Assembly: GCA_043744715.1 (NCBI GenBank)
Contig: JAYTUE010000088.1
Span: 4,462-68,461, forward strand
Source: Verrucomicrobiota bacterium
Lineage (GTDB): Bacteria; Verrucomicrobiota; Verrucomicrobiia; Limisphaerales; CANJSG01
Reading direction: 5' to 3'
Length of the DNA stretch: 64,000 nucleotides
Below are positions 29,553-39,066 of the stretch, piece after piece. The position numbers and the translations under genes are program-made. A model generated the notes under the pieces. It worked only from the letters and a program-made list of their open reading frames with translations, had not been told where the DNA came from and did not search any database. Every line of letters starts with the position of its first letter. Within the stretch, counting starts at the first letter, position 1.

Positions 29553-30842
29553 TCACAGTTCCTTCACGATGTATGGCGCGAACTCGGCATGGAGATAGGG
29601 TGGAATCCGCGCACGCAGCACGGCTTTCTCCGCCCCCTCATAATCCGTTTCGATCACCTGCGCCACCTCGTGCAGGCGGGCGATGACCGCCGAGTCGCCG
29701 TAGGGCACCGCCAGTTCCACGAACTCCCGGATAGGCCGCAAGCGCGTGCCGATCTCCGCCAGCAGCGCGTCCGTCCCCTCGCCCGTCCGGGCCGAGACCA
29801 TCGCGCAGTCCGGAAAACGATCGGTGAACCGCGCCTTGAACGCGGGGTCCGACATCCGGTCGACCTTGTTGAAGACCATGAACGTCGGCTTCCCGCTCGC
29901 CCCCAGTTCTTCGAGGACGAGGTTCACGGCCACGATCTGTTCCTCGGCCTGTGGATGGCTGATGTCGACCACATGGACGAGCAGGTCCGCCTGGACGACT
30001 TCTTCAAGGGTGGCCTTGAAGGCTTCGACAAGCCCGTGTGGCAGCTTGCGGATGAACCCGACCGTGTCGCTGAGGAGCACGTTCTGGTTCGTCGGCAAAC
30101 GCAGCCGCCGCGTGGTCGGATCCAGCGTCGCGAAGAGTCTGTCCTCGGCCAGGACCGCAGCGCCCGTGAGCCGGTTGAGCAGGGTTGACTTGCCCGCGTT
30201 CGTGTAGCCGACGATGGAGGCGAGTGGCCATTGGTTGCGCTGCCGACCGGCGCGCTGCGTCTTGCGCTGGCGTTCCACCGCTCCGAGCTCGTCCTTGATC
30301 TTGTCGATGCGTTCCTGCGTCTTGCGGCGGTCGGATTCGAGCTGCGATTCGCCTTCACCACCGATGGACCCGGTAGAACCACGCTGGCGCGACAAGTGCG
30401 ACCAGAAACGGGTCAAACGGGGCAGGAGATATTCAAGCTGCGCCAGCTCGACCTGCATCTTGCCCTCCCGGGTGCGGGCCCGTTGACCGAAGATCTCCAG
30501 GATCAGGCCGGTGCGGTCCATCACCTGGCAGCCGAATATCTCCTCCAGATTACGTCCCTGCCCTGGCGACAGTTCGTCGTCGAAGATGACCGTGTCGACG
30601 CCCAGTAGCTTGCAGTTCTCGGCGAACTCCCTGGCCTTGCCGGGCCCGATGTAGGTGGCGGGCGTGATGCGTTCGATCTTCTGCACGCCCCGCTCGGCGA
30701 CCTCCAGACCGGCGGTCTTGGCCAGCTCGGCGAGTTCGTCCAACGAGTCCTGGATGTCGAACGAATCCCCGGCCTTGAGCTGGATGCCCACAAGGAAGGC
30801 GCGGTTAGTGCGGCGGACGAAGGTATCGATCAGAGCTTTCAA
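29553..30842 (-). CDS. hflX: GTPase HflX
   Basis: HflX N-domain (AFLVGIQL...LAELAKTAG...IFDDELSPGQGRNLE) and G-domain (GYTNAGKSTLLN, DTVGFI, NKVD). The start is uncertain. I place it at TTG 30842 (LKALIDTF), because the 59 upstream codons of the maximal ORF (to 31019) look non-coding. Confidence 0.85.
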   Translation of the reverse strand: MKALIDTFVRRTNRAFLVGIQLKAGDSFDIQDSLDELAELAKTAGLEVAERGVQKIERITPATYIGPGKAREFAENCKLLGVDTVIFDDELSPGQGRNLEEIFGCQVMDRTGLILEIFGQRARTREGKMQVELAQLEYLLPRLTRFWSHLSRQRGSTGSIGGEGESQLESDRRKTQERIDKIKDELGAVERQRKTQRAGRQRNQWPLASIVGYTNAGKSTLLNRLTGAAVLAEDRLFATLDPTTRRLRLPTNQNVLLSDTVGFIRKLPHGLVEAFKATLEEVVQADLLVHVVDISHPQAEEQIVAVNLVLEELGASGKPTFMVFNKVDRMSDPAFKARFTDRFPDCAMVSARTGEGTDALLAEIGTRLRPIREFVELAVPYGDSAVIARLHEVAQVIETDYEGAEKAVLRARIPPYLHAEFAPYIVKEL

Positions 30843-31070
30843 ATGAGTCCCGCAACCTAAGCACAGAATCGCCGGGGAAGAAACGTGGAAGATGCCGATG
30901 AAGCCCGGAACCACAAAGCCACCGGGCCTGTCTTCACGCCTGAGACCGCAGCGGAACCATCGAACACCTGCAAAAACCAGCCGTAGGAAGACCACCGCGC
31001 CTGCGGCGGCCGTCAACACATCATGCCGGCCTGATCAGGACTGCGGACACTGCGGACCAACCGGCCCTGA

Positions 31071-31703
31071 TCAAGCGCCGCCGTGGAGCTTCTTCAGGAT
31101 GGGACCATTGAAGCTCTGGAGGTAGCCGTCGGATGAGCGGACGCGGAGCGACTGTTTCACGATCTCCACCACGACGCCCGTGAATCCGTTGATCTCCACC
31201 TGTTCACCGAAGGCGCACTTCGGAAAGTCTTCCCGGCCGACCAGATCGCGGATCTGGACGACGGGCTTCGTGAAATCCGGTTCCTCTATGACTTCCCTGA
31301 CCGGCGCCGGCGCGATCTGCACGGAGGGAGCGGCGTCGAGCTCGGGATCCTGCCGGCGACGCGCGGTCGCCCGGGGTGAGGATTCGGCATCAACGGCGCG
31401 AGCCGGCGCCGAGGGCTGAGCCTCGATGGGGACGGGCGGGACGAACAGCGTGCGCAGGCGGTTCACGTTGAAACTCTGCGTGAGGCCCTCCGGCGGCTTG
31501 ACCTTAATGGAGTGCTTCACGATGGCGACGACGACTCCCTCATAGCCGGAGATGTCCACGTATTCGCCCAGGATGCATTCCGGAAAATCCGCGCGGCCCA
31601 CGAAATCACGAATCGGCCGGACAGCACGGGAGAAATCAGGCTCGCCGGGCACCGGGGCGGAGGTGGGGGACTCTACCGGACTGTCAGACGAATTCGATGA
31701 CAT
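31071..31703 (-). CDS. Hypothetical protein with two tandem ~65-aa repeats
   Basis: EPDFSRAVRPIRDFVGRADFPECILGEYVDISGYEGVVVAIVKHSIKVKPPEGLTQSFN and EPDFTKPVVQIRDLVGREDFPKCAFGEQVEINGFTGVVVEIVKQSLRVRSSDGYLQSFN are separated by a Pro/Ala-rich linker. Confidence 0.6.
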   Translation of the reverse strand: MSSNSSDSPVESPTSAPVPGEPDFSRAVRPIRDFVGRADFPECILGEYVDISGYEGVVVAIVKHSIKVKPPEGLTQSFNVNRLRTLFVPPVPIEAQPSAPARAVDAESSPRATARRRQDPELDAAPSVQIAPAPVREVIEEPDFTKPVVQIRDLVGREDFPKCAFGEQVEINGFTGVVVEIVKQSLRVRSSDGYLQSFNGPILKKLHGGA

Positions 31704-31793
31704 GAGCCAGATAGCATCGCGCACCCATGCTGGTTCCGACAACGCAATTCTCAGGCTATTAGCCCGCGGTTTTCCGCCGCGCACAGAAGGCGC

Positions 31794-33608
31794 TCACTCC
31801 ACCGCATCGAGCAGGGCTTCTGCCCGGGGCGCACTGCCCACACCGCGCTGCCGGACCTGGTCGCGCGGGTTCGGACGCAGCATGCGCTTCTGGCGTTCCC
31901 GGTCGCCGGCATTGCGGGTGATGGGAATCGGCAGCTCGCTGTTGATGTCGAGGCCCGTGACATACATCGCCGCCGACCCGGTCATGGGCAACGGGATGAA
32001 GTCCTGCACCTGCTGGAGGTTCCAGCCTTCCTTCTTCAGGAACTGTTCGACCGCGCCCATCTCCTTCTCCGTGCATCCGGGGAAGCTAGAGATGAAGTAG
32101 GGCACCAGATACTGCTCCTTGCCGGCTTCCTCGCTCAACTCGAAGAACTTTTCCATGAAGCCCTGGAAGTCGCCTGCGGGCTTGCGCATGCGCCTGAGGA
32201 CATCCGGATGCATGTGCTCGGGTGCGACCTTCATGTGACCGGAGACGTGGTGCTGCACGAGCTCCTTCATGTATTTCGGCGTGCGTAGCGCGACGTCCAT
32301 GCGGATGCCGGACTGGACGAAGACGTGTTTGACCCCCTTCTGCGTGCGCGCGCCCTTCAGCAGGTCGATGCCCTGTTCCTCGTTGATCTCGAACACGGGA
32401 CAGATCGATGGCCACAGGCAGCTGGGTCGATGGCATTTCTTGCACTCGTCGGCATGGCCGTTCTTCGCGGCATAGAGATTTGCCGTTGGCCCGCCGAGAT
32501 CGGAAATTGTTCCGCGGAAGTTCTCCGACTCTGCGAGCTTCCGCACTTCCTTGAGCACGGAATCCACACTGCGGCTGGAGAGGAATTTGCCCTGATGGAA
32601 TCCGAGTCCGCAGAACGTGCAGCCGCCGGCGCAACCACGCGAAACGATGATCGAATCCTTGATCGTGGCGAAACCCGGCACCGGCTCCTTGTAGCTGGGA
32701 TGCGACGCACGCTGGAACGGAAGTTCGTAAAGCGCGTCGAGGTCCGGACCGTCCACGGGGAACGTCGGGGCCTCCATGATGACGGCGCGGTTGCCGTGCA
32801 TCTGCACCATGCGTTTGCCGCAGTGCGGCGTCATCTGCGCCTCGACGACCTTGGTCAGGCGCATCAGGTGCTTCTTGTCGGCCTGCAGGTCTTCCCACGA
32901 AGGAAGCATGATGCAGTCGCTGAAGTCGGCCGCAGCGGTGGCCTTGCTGCCGAGGAAGAGCGCCGTGCCACGGATCCCGCTGAAGTCGCGGTTATCATCC
33001 CGGAGACGCTTCACGATCTCGCGCACGGGGATTTCACCCATCCCGTAGACCAGCAGATCGGCCTTGGCGTCGGCCATGATCGAAGGTTTCAGCTTGTCCT
33101 CCCAGTAGTCGTAATGCGCCACCCGGCGCATGGAGGCTTCCATCCCGCCGAGCACGACCGGCACGCCGGGGAACGCCCGCCGGCTCATCTGCGAATAGAC
33201 CACGGCCGCGTGGTTGGGCCGTTTGCCGGGCACGCCGCCTTCGCTGTAAACGTCTTCCTTCCGCTTGTGACGTGCGGCGGTGTAGTTCGACAGCATCGAG
33301 TCCAGGTTGCCGGCCGAAACACCGACGAAGAGTCTGGGAGCCCCCATGATCTGGATGGACTCGATGTTCGTCCAATCCGGCTGCGCGATGATCCCCACGC
33401 GAAGACCTTCCGCTTCCAGAACGCGGCCGATCATGGCCGCGCCGAACGAAGGATGATCCACGTAGGCGTCGCCGGTGATGATGAGGACATCAAGCTCGGT
33501 CCACCCGCGCGCTTCCATTTCCGCCCGGGACATCGGGAGGAAATCGCCGGCCTTCACCGCAGGTTTTGCCTTCGGCTTGGGCTTAAAATTGATCGAAGAG
33601 ACGGCCAT
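31794..33608 (-). CDS. ygiQ: YgiQ-family radical SAM protein (UPF0313)
   Basis: FLPMSRAEMEARGWTELDVLIITGDAYVDHPSFG is collinear with the E. coli YgiQ N-terminus. Radical-SAM cluster region SRGCAGGCTFC. Start trimmed to ATG 33608. Confidence 0.85.
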   Translation of the reverse strand: MAVSSINFKPKPKAKPAVKAGDFLPMSRAEMEARGWTELDVLIITGDAYVDHPSFGAAMIGRVLEAEGLRVGIIAQPDWTNIESIQIMGAPRLFVGVSAGNLDSMLSNYTAARHKRKEDVYSEGGVPGKRPNHAAVVYSQMSRRAFPGVPVVLGGMEASMRRVAHYDYWEDKLKPSIMADAKADLLVYGMGEIPVREIVKRLRDDNRDFSGIRGTALFLGSKATAAADFSDCIMLPSWEDLQADKKHLMRLTKVVEAQMTPHCGKRMVQMHGNRAVIMEAPTFPVDGPDLDALYELPFQRASHPSYKEPVPGFATIKDSIIVSRGCAGGCTFCGLGFHQGKFLSSRSVDSVLKEVRKLAESENFRGTISDLGGPTANLYAAKNGHADECKKCHRPSCLWPSICPVFEINEEQGIDLLKGARTQKGVKHVFVQSGIRMDVALRTPKYMKELVQHHVSGHMKVAPEHMHPDVLRRMRKPAGDFQGFMEKFFELSEEAGKEQYLVPYFISSFPGCTEKEMGAVEQFLKKEGWNLQQVQDFIPLPMTGSAAMYVTGLDINSELPIPITRNAGDRERQKRMLRPNPRDQVRQRGVGSAPRAEALLDAVE

Positions 33609-33787
33609 AACTGTGAAGGAGAATGCTTGATCGAAACCATCAAGGCAACCGGAAGCGGACAATTCTTGTCCGGTAAGATCCCGAAACGCAGTGCCGTGAG
33701 CCTGCCGATTTCAGCTCAGCTTGATTTCGGCCACATTGGGCAAAAATCTACTCGCACACGGCTCCCATGAGCATTAATAGACTCGGG

Positions 33788-34436
33788 ATGAATAAATACA
33801 AACCAACCCTGCTCGTGATCGCCATATCCGCAACACTCTTTAACCCTTTACGCAGTAGAGACCGGCTCAATTGCCAACAGAGACGGGTTCTTCGTCAGCT
33901 CGTATTACTCTAGCTTCAATGCCGGCGAAACCGGGCAAGATTACCAGGAATTCGAAGAATGCGGACTGTATGCGTATGAAACCCCCACCGCCCCCACATA
34001 CAAATACTATCATTACCAGACATACCACGGATTTGAACTTCCTATCGGGGGTAGCCCTGACACCCTTCCATGCAGCAACTATGATCTCAACTGCATCGTT
34101 GTGGAGTCCGCCAGCACAACAAAAACAGTTGCAGAAAACAACTCATGGACTGGAGGTGCCTACTACTCATTGCGTAGGTCTGTGTTTCACTGCTCTCAAG
34201 CTCGAACAGAGTATGAGACCACCCAAAACGGATTCGAACACGTCGGAGTTTACTCCCTCCTGCGCGACTGGAACTACGCCGAAGCATCGTTCACGGCTCA
34301 TTCGTTTTCCCGAACGAGGAACCTTTCGGAGTTTGTCGGTGGCACATACTATATCGAAATGTATACAGCCGAATTCGCCACCCCGGGTCACCGAATCGAA
34401 GAATCGGGAAACTCTCCCACTTCATGGTTTTTTTAA
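33788..34436 (+). pseudogene. Tyr/Thr-rich secreted protein, apparently frameshifted after its signal peptide (low-GC islet)
   Basis: The ATG at 33788 encodes MNKYKPTLLVIAISATLF, which is signal-peptide-like, then stops after 41 codons. The +1 frame is open from 33819 to 34436 but has no ATG before the GTG at 34101. The frames cross near 33830..33850. Confidence 0.4.
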
Positions 34437-34460
34437 TGGCCAATAAAAAATGATACTTTT

Positions 34461-35411
34461 ATGCCCGCTGTTAGACCAAAAATATTTGCAGGAGCTGTAT
34501 TGGGCATCCTCGTATGCGTCATCCTGATCGTGCGCGGTCGCCCTTCTGCTGAGAGAACCGAAAGTGGCCTGCTTTCGGCAAATCAGATGCCCACCCAAAA
34601 GCCTAGAAGTTCGAGAAAGGATTCAATCGAATCCCATCAGCGAACGACGCTGGAGAATGAGGCCACTCGCACACCACTGCCGCCCACGGCGTGGTCAATT
34701 AGGAATAAACCACCTCTCAGCATCTACCCGGGTCAGATCCGCAAGATTGCCGCTTCAATGAGCCTGAGAGGAAAAACACCGGCCCGTTTGGACATTCCAA
34801 ATCTGCACCCATCTGTTGTGGATTCCACTGGCCTAACAAACGAAACCAGATTGGCCGCATTCTTGGAACTTTACCGCCAAAAATCGGAGAGCCAATCAAA
34901 CCAAGACCGACTCATGCGGGCTGAGACTGATCGACAGAAGAATGATACCGAAAGTTCGACCACTGAGAAGCTGTCGCGTTACCGGCGGATTGAAGATGAC
35001 AACGATCCCAGTCGCTTCGACAACGAACTGGAGAAGATGGATACCCTCTTTGCGAAGGAAGACGGCAATACGCCACCAAACTATTTCCCGCCTAGCCGGG
35101 CTTCACAAGAGCTTGCCGATCTCCTCGGTCTTCCTTCGGAAGAAGCGATTCCTTTTGGATCAACAATGTCGTTCGGGGTCGCTGCCGCTCAGGCCGCTTT
35201 CCAAGCAGAACAGGATCCTCAACGGGCCATCGACTCTTTGCAGAGGGAACTTGGTCGGGCGTTGGGCCGCAGTCTGACTCCAGAACAAATTGAGAAGCTC
35301 TTGATCATTCCGCACGACAAACTCTTTCTAGCCATCTCCAAAGAGGAAGCGGCTCCGTTCCGTGACGAAATCAACCGACGCATCCGCGGGAAGCGCCCCG
35401 GCGAGAGGTGA
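34461..35411 (+). CDS. Membrane-anchored hypothetical protein, largely hydrophilic/disordered (low-GC islet)
   Basis: N-terminal TM (IFAGAVLGILVCVILIV) followed by about 290 aa rich in S/T/E/R/Q. No motif recognised. GC is visibly lower than in the flanks. Confidence 0.55.
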   Translation: MPAVRPKIFAGAVLGILVCVILIVRGRPSAERTESGLLSANQMPTQKPRSSRKDSIESHQRTTLENEATRTPLPPTAWSIRNKPPLSIYPGQIRKIAASMSLRGKTPARLDIPNLHPSVVDSTGLTNETRLAAFLELYRQKSESQSNQDRLMRAETDRQKNDTESSTTEKLSRYRRIEDDNDPSRFDNELEKMDTLFAKEDGNTPPNYFPPSRASQELADLLGLPSEEAIPFGSTMSFGVAAAQAAFQAEQDPQRAIDSLQRELGRALGRSLTPEQIEKLLIIPHDKLFLAISKEEAAPFRDEINRRIRGKRPGER

Positions 35412-35468
35412 GCGGGCAAACCGGTCTTCAACTCAAGCGGCGCAAGTGCAACCGTCTCCTGTAGCACC

Positions 35469-36761
35469 ATGCGCATCACACGCCTCGAAATCCGCGACAT
35501 CCGGTTCCCCACCTCACGCCAGCTCGACGGTTCCGACGCGATGAATCCGGACCCGGACTACTCATCCGCCTACGTCATCCTCCACACCGACACGGCTCTG
35601 ACGGGCCACGGCTCCACCTTCACCATCGGACGCGGCAACGACGTCGTCTGCGCGGCGATCAAGGCGCACGAGCATCTCGTCGTCGGCCTGACGCTGGAGG
35701 AGTTCATGGCCGCGCCCGGAGCCGTCTGGCATCGGCTCAACGGCGATTCGCAGCTCCGCTGGATCGGACCCGACAAGGGCGCCATCCACCTCGCGCTCGC
35801 CGCCATCGTCAACGCGCTCTGGGATCTCTACGCCAAACACGTCGGCAAACCGCTCTGGCGTTTGATCACCGACTTCACGCCCGAGCAGTTCGTCGCCTGC
35901 ATCGACTACCGCTACATCACCGACGCGCTCACGCCTGAAGATGCCCTCGCCATCCTGCGCCTCGCCGAGGTTGGCAAAGCCGAACGCGTCGCCCGCCTGC
36001 TGGCCGAGGGTTATCCCGCCTACACGACGAGCGCCGGCTGGCTGGGTTATCCCGACGACAAGATCCGCCGGCTTTGCCGCGAGGCCGTCGCCGAAGGCTG
36101 GATGCACATCAAGGTCAAGGTCGGTCGCGACCTCCGCGACGACCAACGCCGCCTCGCCATCATCCGCGAGGAGATCGGACCCGACCGCAAGCTGATGGTC
36201 GACGCCAACCAGGTTTGGGATGTCCCGCAGGCCATCACATGGATGAAGGAACTCGCCCGGTTCAACCCGTGGTGGATCGAGGAACCGACCTCGCCCGACG
36301 ACGTGCTCGGCCATGCCACCATCGCGCGCGCGATGGAGCCGCTGGGCATCGGCGTGGCCACCGGCGAACACGGCATGAACCGCGTCCTCTTCAAGCAGCT
36401 CCTCCAAGCCCGCGCCATCTCCTTCTGCCAGATCGATTCCTGCCGACTTGGCGGTGTGAATGAAAACCTCGCGGTGCTGCTGCTCGCGGCGAAATTCGGC
36501 GTGCCCGTCTGCCCTCATGCCGGCGGCGTGGGACTGTGCGAGTTCGTCCAGCACATCAGCATGATCGACTTCACCAGCGTGAGCGCGTCCTGGGACGGCC
36601 GCGTCTGCGAGTTCGTCGACCATCTCCACGAGCACTTCGTCGATCCCTGCCGCATCCGCCACGGCCGCTACCTCGCCCCTGAACTCCCCGGCTACAGCAC
36701 CGAGATGCACCCTGCGTCGTTGGCCAATCACGAGTTTCCGAACGGCTCGGTATGGCTGTGA
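35469..36761 (+). CDS. L-fuconate dehydratase-like enolase-superfamily enzyme (mandelate racemase subgroup)
   Basis: [37 protein letters not shown]-terminus. KVKVG and [14 protein letters not shown] metal-ligand blocks. The specific substrate is inferred from resemblance to FucD as I recall it. Confidence 0.7.
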   Translation: MRITRLEIRDIRFPTSRQLDGSDAMNPDPDYSSAYVILHTDTALTGHGSTFTIGRGNDVVCAAIKAHEHLVVGLTLEEFMAAPGAVWHRLNGDSQLRWIGPDKGAIHLALAAIVNALWDLYAKHVGKPLWRLITDFTPEQFVACIDYRYITDALTPEDALAILRLAEVGKAERVARLLAEGYPAYTTSAGWLGYPDDKIRRLCREAVAEGWMHIKVKVGRDLRDDQRRLAIIREEIGPDRKLMVDANQVWDVPQAITWMKELARFNPWWIEEPTSPDDVLGHATIARAMEPLGIGVATGEHGMNRVLFKQLLQARAISFCQIDSCRLGGVNENLAVLLLAAKFGVPVCPHAGGVGLCEFVQHISMIDFTSVSASWDGRVCEFVDHLHEHFVDPCRIRHGRYLAPELPGYSTEMHPASLANHEFPNGSVWL

Positions 36762-36815
36762 GCCCGCGGGAACTTGAGAATCGGACGCCATGACCTCAGC
36801 GCCGGGGCACCGGCT

Positions 36816-36900
36816 CAGTCCAAAACCTTGCGAACCTCGTGGCGGACACTTCGTCGCGGCAGCGTCTTGGACTGCGTGCGCTGCTGCGCCGCTTTCCAGG
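36816..36900. repeat. REP element, left copy (CAGTCCAAAAC ... GTCTTGGACTG hairpin arms)
   Basis: The arms CAGTCCAAaAC and GTCTTGGACTG are inverted complements. The tail GCTGCTGCGCCGCTTT is shared with the right copy. Confidence 0.8.
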
Positions 36901-36937
36901 AGTTGCGAACACACCATAGCTTCCCCACGCTGAATCT

Positions 36938-37507
36938 ATGGCCACACCCAAGACGCCATGGCCGCATGCTCCGCTGCATCAGCTCTCCGAACGCGGCACC
37001 TTCTTCGTCACCGCCAGCACCTATCTCAAAGCTCACCATTTTCGCGGCAGAGACCGGCTTGCCGTCCTGCATCGTGGACTCCTCAGCGTCGCCCAGGACT
37101 TCGGGTGGACGCTGGAAGCTTGGGCAGTTTTCTCGAACCACTATCACTTCATTGGCCATTCACCGGACACGGCGCAGGACGCCTCCAGCCTGTCGCGCAT
37201 GCTCGGTGTGCTCCACACGAAGACTTCCGGCTGGGTCAACAAACTCGACAAGGCTCCGGAGCGACAGGTCTGGTTCAACTTCCGCGAAACAAAGTTGACC
37301 TATCAGAAATCGTATCTGGCCCGCTTGAACTACGTTCACCAGAACCCGGTGAAGCATGGACTCGTTCCAGTGGCCAACCAGTATCCTTGGTGCTCCGCGG
37401 CGTGGCTCGAACGAACCGCTTCCGCCGCGATGGTGAAGTCGATCTACCGGTTCAAGGTCGGCGCGGTGGCCGTGGAAGATGGATTCGAGCCGACGGGTGA
37501 ATGGTAG
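36938..37507 (+). CDS. REP-associated tyrosine transposase (IS200/IS605 Y1 HUH family, RAYT)
   Basis: HUH motif in FSNHYHFIG. Catalytic Tyr region YLARLNYVHQNPVKHGLV. The size (189 aa) and REP flanks fit RAYT. Confidence 0.8.
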   Translation: MATPKTPWPHAPLHQLSERGTFFVTASTYLKAHHFRGRDRLAVLHRGLLSVAQDFGWTLEAWAVFSNHYHFIGHSPDTAQDASSLSRMLGVLHTKTSGWVNKLDKAPERQVWFNFRETKLTYQKSYLARLNYVHQNPVKHGLVPVANQYPWCSAAWLERTASAAMVKSIYRFKVGAVAVEDGFEPTGEW

Positions 37508-37535
37508 CGATGGAAAAGCGCCGGAGCACCGGGCG

Positions 37536-37618
37536 CAGTCCAAGACCTGGCGGACCCAGCGGCGGCCACGCAGTCGCGGCAGCGTCTTGGACTGCGGTGC
37601 TGCTGCGCCGCTTTGGGG
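37536..37618. repeat. REP element, right copy
   Basis: CAGTCCAAGACCTGGCGGACCC...GCGGCAGCGTCTTGGACTGCGGTGCTGCTGCGCCGCTTTGGGG aligns with 36816..36900 over most positions. Confidence 0.8.
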
Positions 37619-37726
37619 AGGACGCGATGGAACAGAAACCGATCTGTCGGAGAAACCCTGCCTCTCCAAGGTGTCCATCAATCCAGGTTAAGACCACTCT
37701 ATCTGATGAGGTGTTTTTCTTCCGCC

Positions 37727-38995
37727 TCAGTTGAACTTGTTCTTCCGATACGCACCAATCACCGGAGCGTCCGGGTTCACTTCGGGGCCGAAATACCGCA
37801 GCGTGACGAGCGGTTCGGTCTCGCTGGTGTTCTCGAAGGTCACGCCGTTCTTCGCGCCGTCTTCGGTGCAGAAGTATTCGTCCTCGGTCAGTTCATTGAA
37901 GCGGATGAGCTTCGGCGAATTCAGCGGCTGGCCGTTGATCTTGCCGGAGCCCTGCACGCAGATGAGGCCGTAGGCGCCGGTGTCCTTGATCGTGGCTTTC
38001 ACGCCGGGTTCGACGGTGAGTTCCTTCGCGGTGAAGAGCTGTTCGCCATCGACCTTGCCGTAGACGATCCAGCGGTCGACGAAGCCTTCCTTGCGCGTGT
38101 CGGCCACCGGGACGGGTTCAAGGTAATGGTTGTCCTTGAAGTTCGGGTCCACGTTCTTCTCCCAGTCGAGCTGGTCGACGATGAAGTCGATGTCCTTGTG
38201 CTTCGATTTCGGCATGTCCTTTACGAGCAAACTCCACGGGACTTCGCGGCCTTCGACCAAGTTCTGATACATGCCGAAGACGTCCGAGCCCCATTGCGGC
38301 TCGTAGGTGCAGAGCGAACCGGGCGCGTGGAGGATGCACGGATCAATGAGCCAGCCAGTGCCGGGCTTGAGGCGGTAGGCCTTCGAGAGGTCGAGGATGC
38401 CGTTGTCGCCCTTGTTCCAATTTTCGATGCACTTGCGGACCTGCGCCTTCGTCGTGCCGGGCTCGAAGCCCATGAACGTGTAGGGGAAGTTGTTGCCGAC
38501 GTTGTTGTGCTGCGGCGGAAAGTAGTAGGACTCGGGTTTGCCTTCCTGGCCGACGAGCTTGGCCTGCGCGGCGCTCTGGTGCATGTGGTGGGGAATGGGC
38601 CCCATGTTGTCGAAGAACTTCGAGTAAACGGGCCACTTGCCATACTTCTTCCAAATCGCCTGGCCGACGAGCGTCGCGCCGCAATCCTCAACCGCCTGCT
38701 TGAGCGTGAAGCGTTCCTTGCCCACGACGCAGTAGTTCAAGCCCTCGTCCGCCGCACGGCCTTCGTTGGCCGTGACGGTGGTGGAGGCGAACCAGCGTTC
38801 GTCGATGCCGCCGCGGTTGAGGCCGTAGGCGTAGGTATCGTCGGGATGGAGCTTGATGCGCAGGCCGGGCTGAAGGAAGGAGCGCGGCACCCACGCGGGC
38901 GCGAGGCGGAGCAGGCCGCCGGTGCGGGTGAGTTCGGCGCCGACTTTCGCGGCGGTGTTCTTCTTGATGGTCTTGAGCTGGTTGACGGTGTTCAT
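37727..38995 (-). CDS. Cupin-fold class I phosphomannose-isomerase-like protein
   Basis: GKWPVYSKFFDNMGPIPHHMHQ and GKPESYYF resemble the PMI type I blocks (G.LPFLFKVL...SIQVHP; HKPE) as I recall them. A C-terminal second beta-barrel is present. The function is not assigned. Confidence 0.45.
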   Translation of the reverse strand: MNTVNQLKTIKKNTAAKVGAELTRTGGLLRLAPAWVPRSFLQPGLRIKLHPDDTYAYGLNRGGIDERWFASTTVTANEGRAADEGLNYCVVGKERFTLKQAVEDCGATLVGQAIWKKYGKWPVYSKFFDNMGPIPHHMHQSAAQAKLVGQEGKPESYYFPPQHNNVGNNFPYTFMGFEPGTTKAQVRKCIENWNKGDNGILDLSKAYRLKPGTGWLIDPCILHAPGSLCTYEPQWGSDVFGMYQNLVEGREVPWSLLVKDMPKSKHKDIDFIVDQLDWEKNVDPNFKDNHYLEPVPVADTRKEGFVDRWIVYGKVDGEQLFTAKELTVEPGVKATIKDTGAYGLICVQGSGKINGQPLNSPKLIRFNELTEDEYFCTEDGAKNGVTFENTSETEPLVTLRYFGPEVNPDAPVIGAYRKNKFN

Positions 38996-39066
38996 GAAAG
39001 CAATGTCGTGGTCGGTGCAGTCGGGAAAGCCTGAGCAAAGGGTCGAAAAGTGGGGAAGCGTTTTCG

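Larger units (their letters stand above)
36816..37618 (+). mobile_element. REP - RAYT - REP unit (REP-associated tyrosine transposase flanked by its cognate repeats)
   Basis: Two ~85-nt copies of the same palindromic element in the same orientation bracket an IS200/IS605-like HUH transposase gene. Confidence 0.75.

Noticed and set aside
30843-31019. 59-codon N-terminal extension of the hflX ORF
   Set aside because: The sequence (MLTAAAGAVVFLRLVFAGVRWFRCGLRRED...) is unlike HflX N-termini and has non-coding-like composition. I prefer the internal TTG at 30842, but I cannot verify the start without homologue alignment.
33871-34446. 191-aa ORF in the low-GC islet (alternative frame)
   Set aside because: Its translation is Pro/Thr/Ser/His low-complexity. 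The overlapping frame, open 33819..34436, gives a more protein-like, aromatic-rich sequence and connects to an upstream signal peptide through one frameshift.
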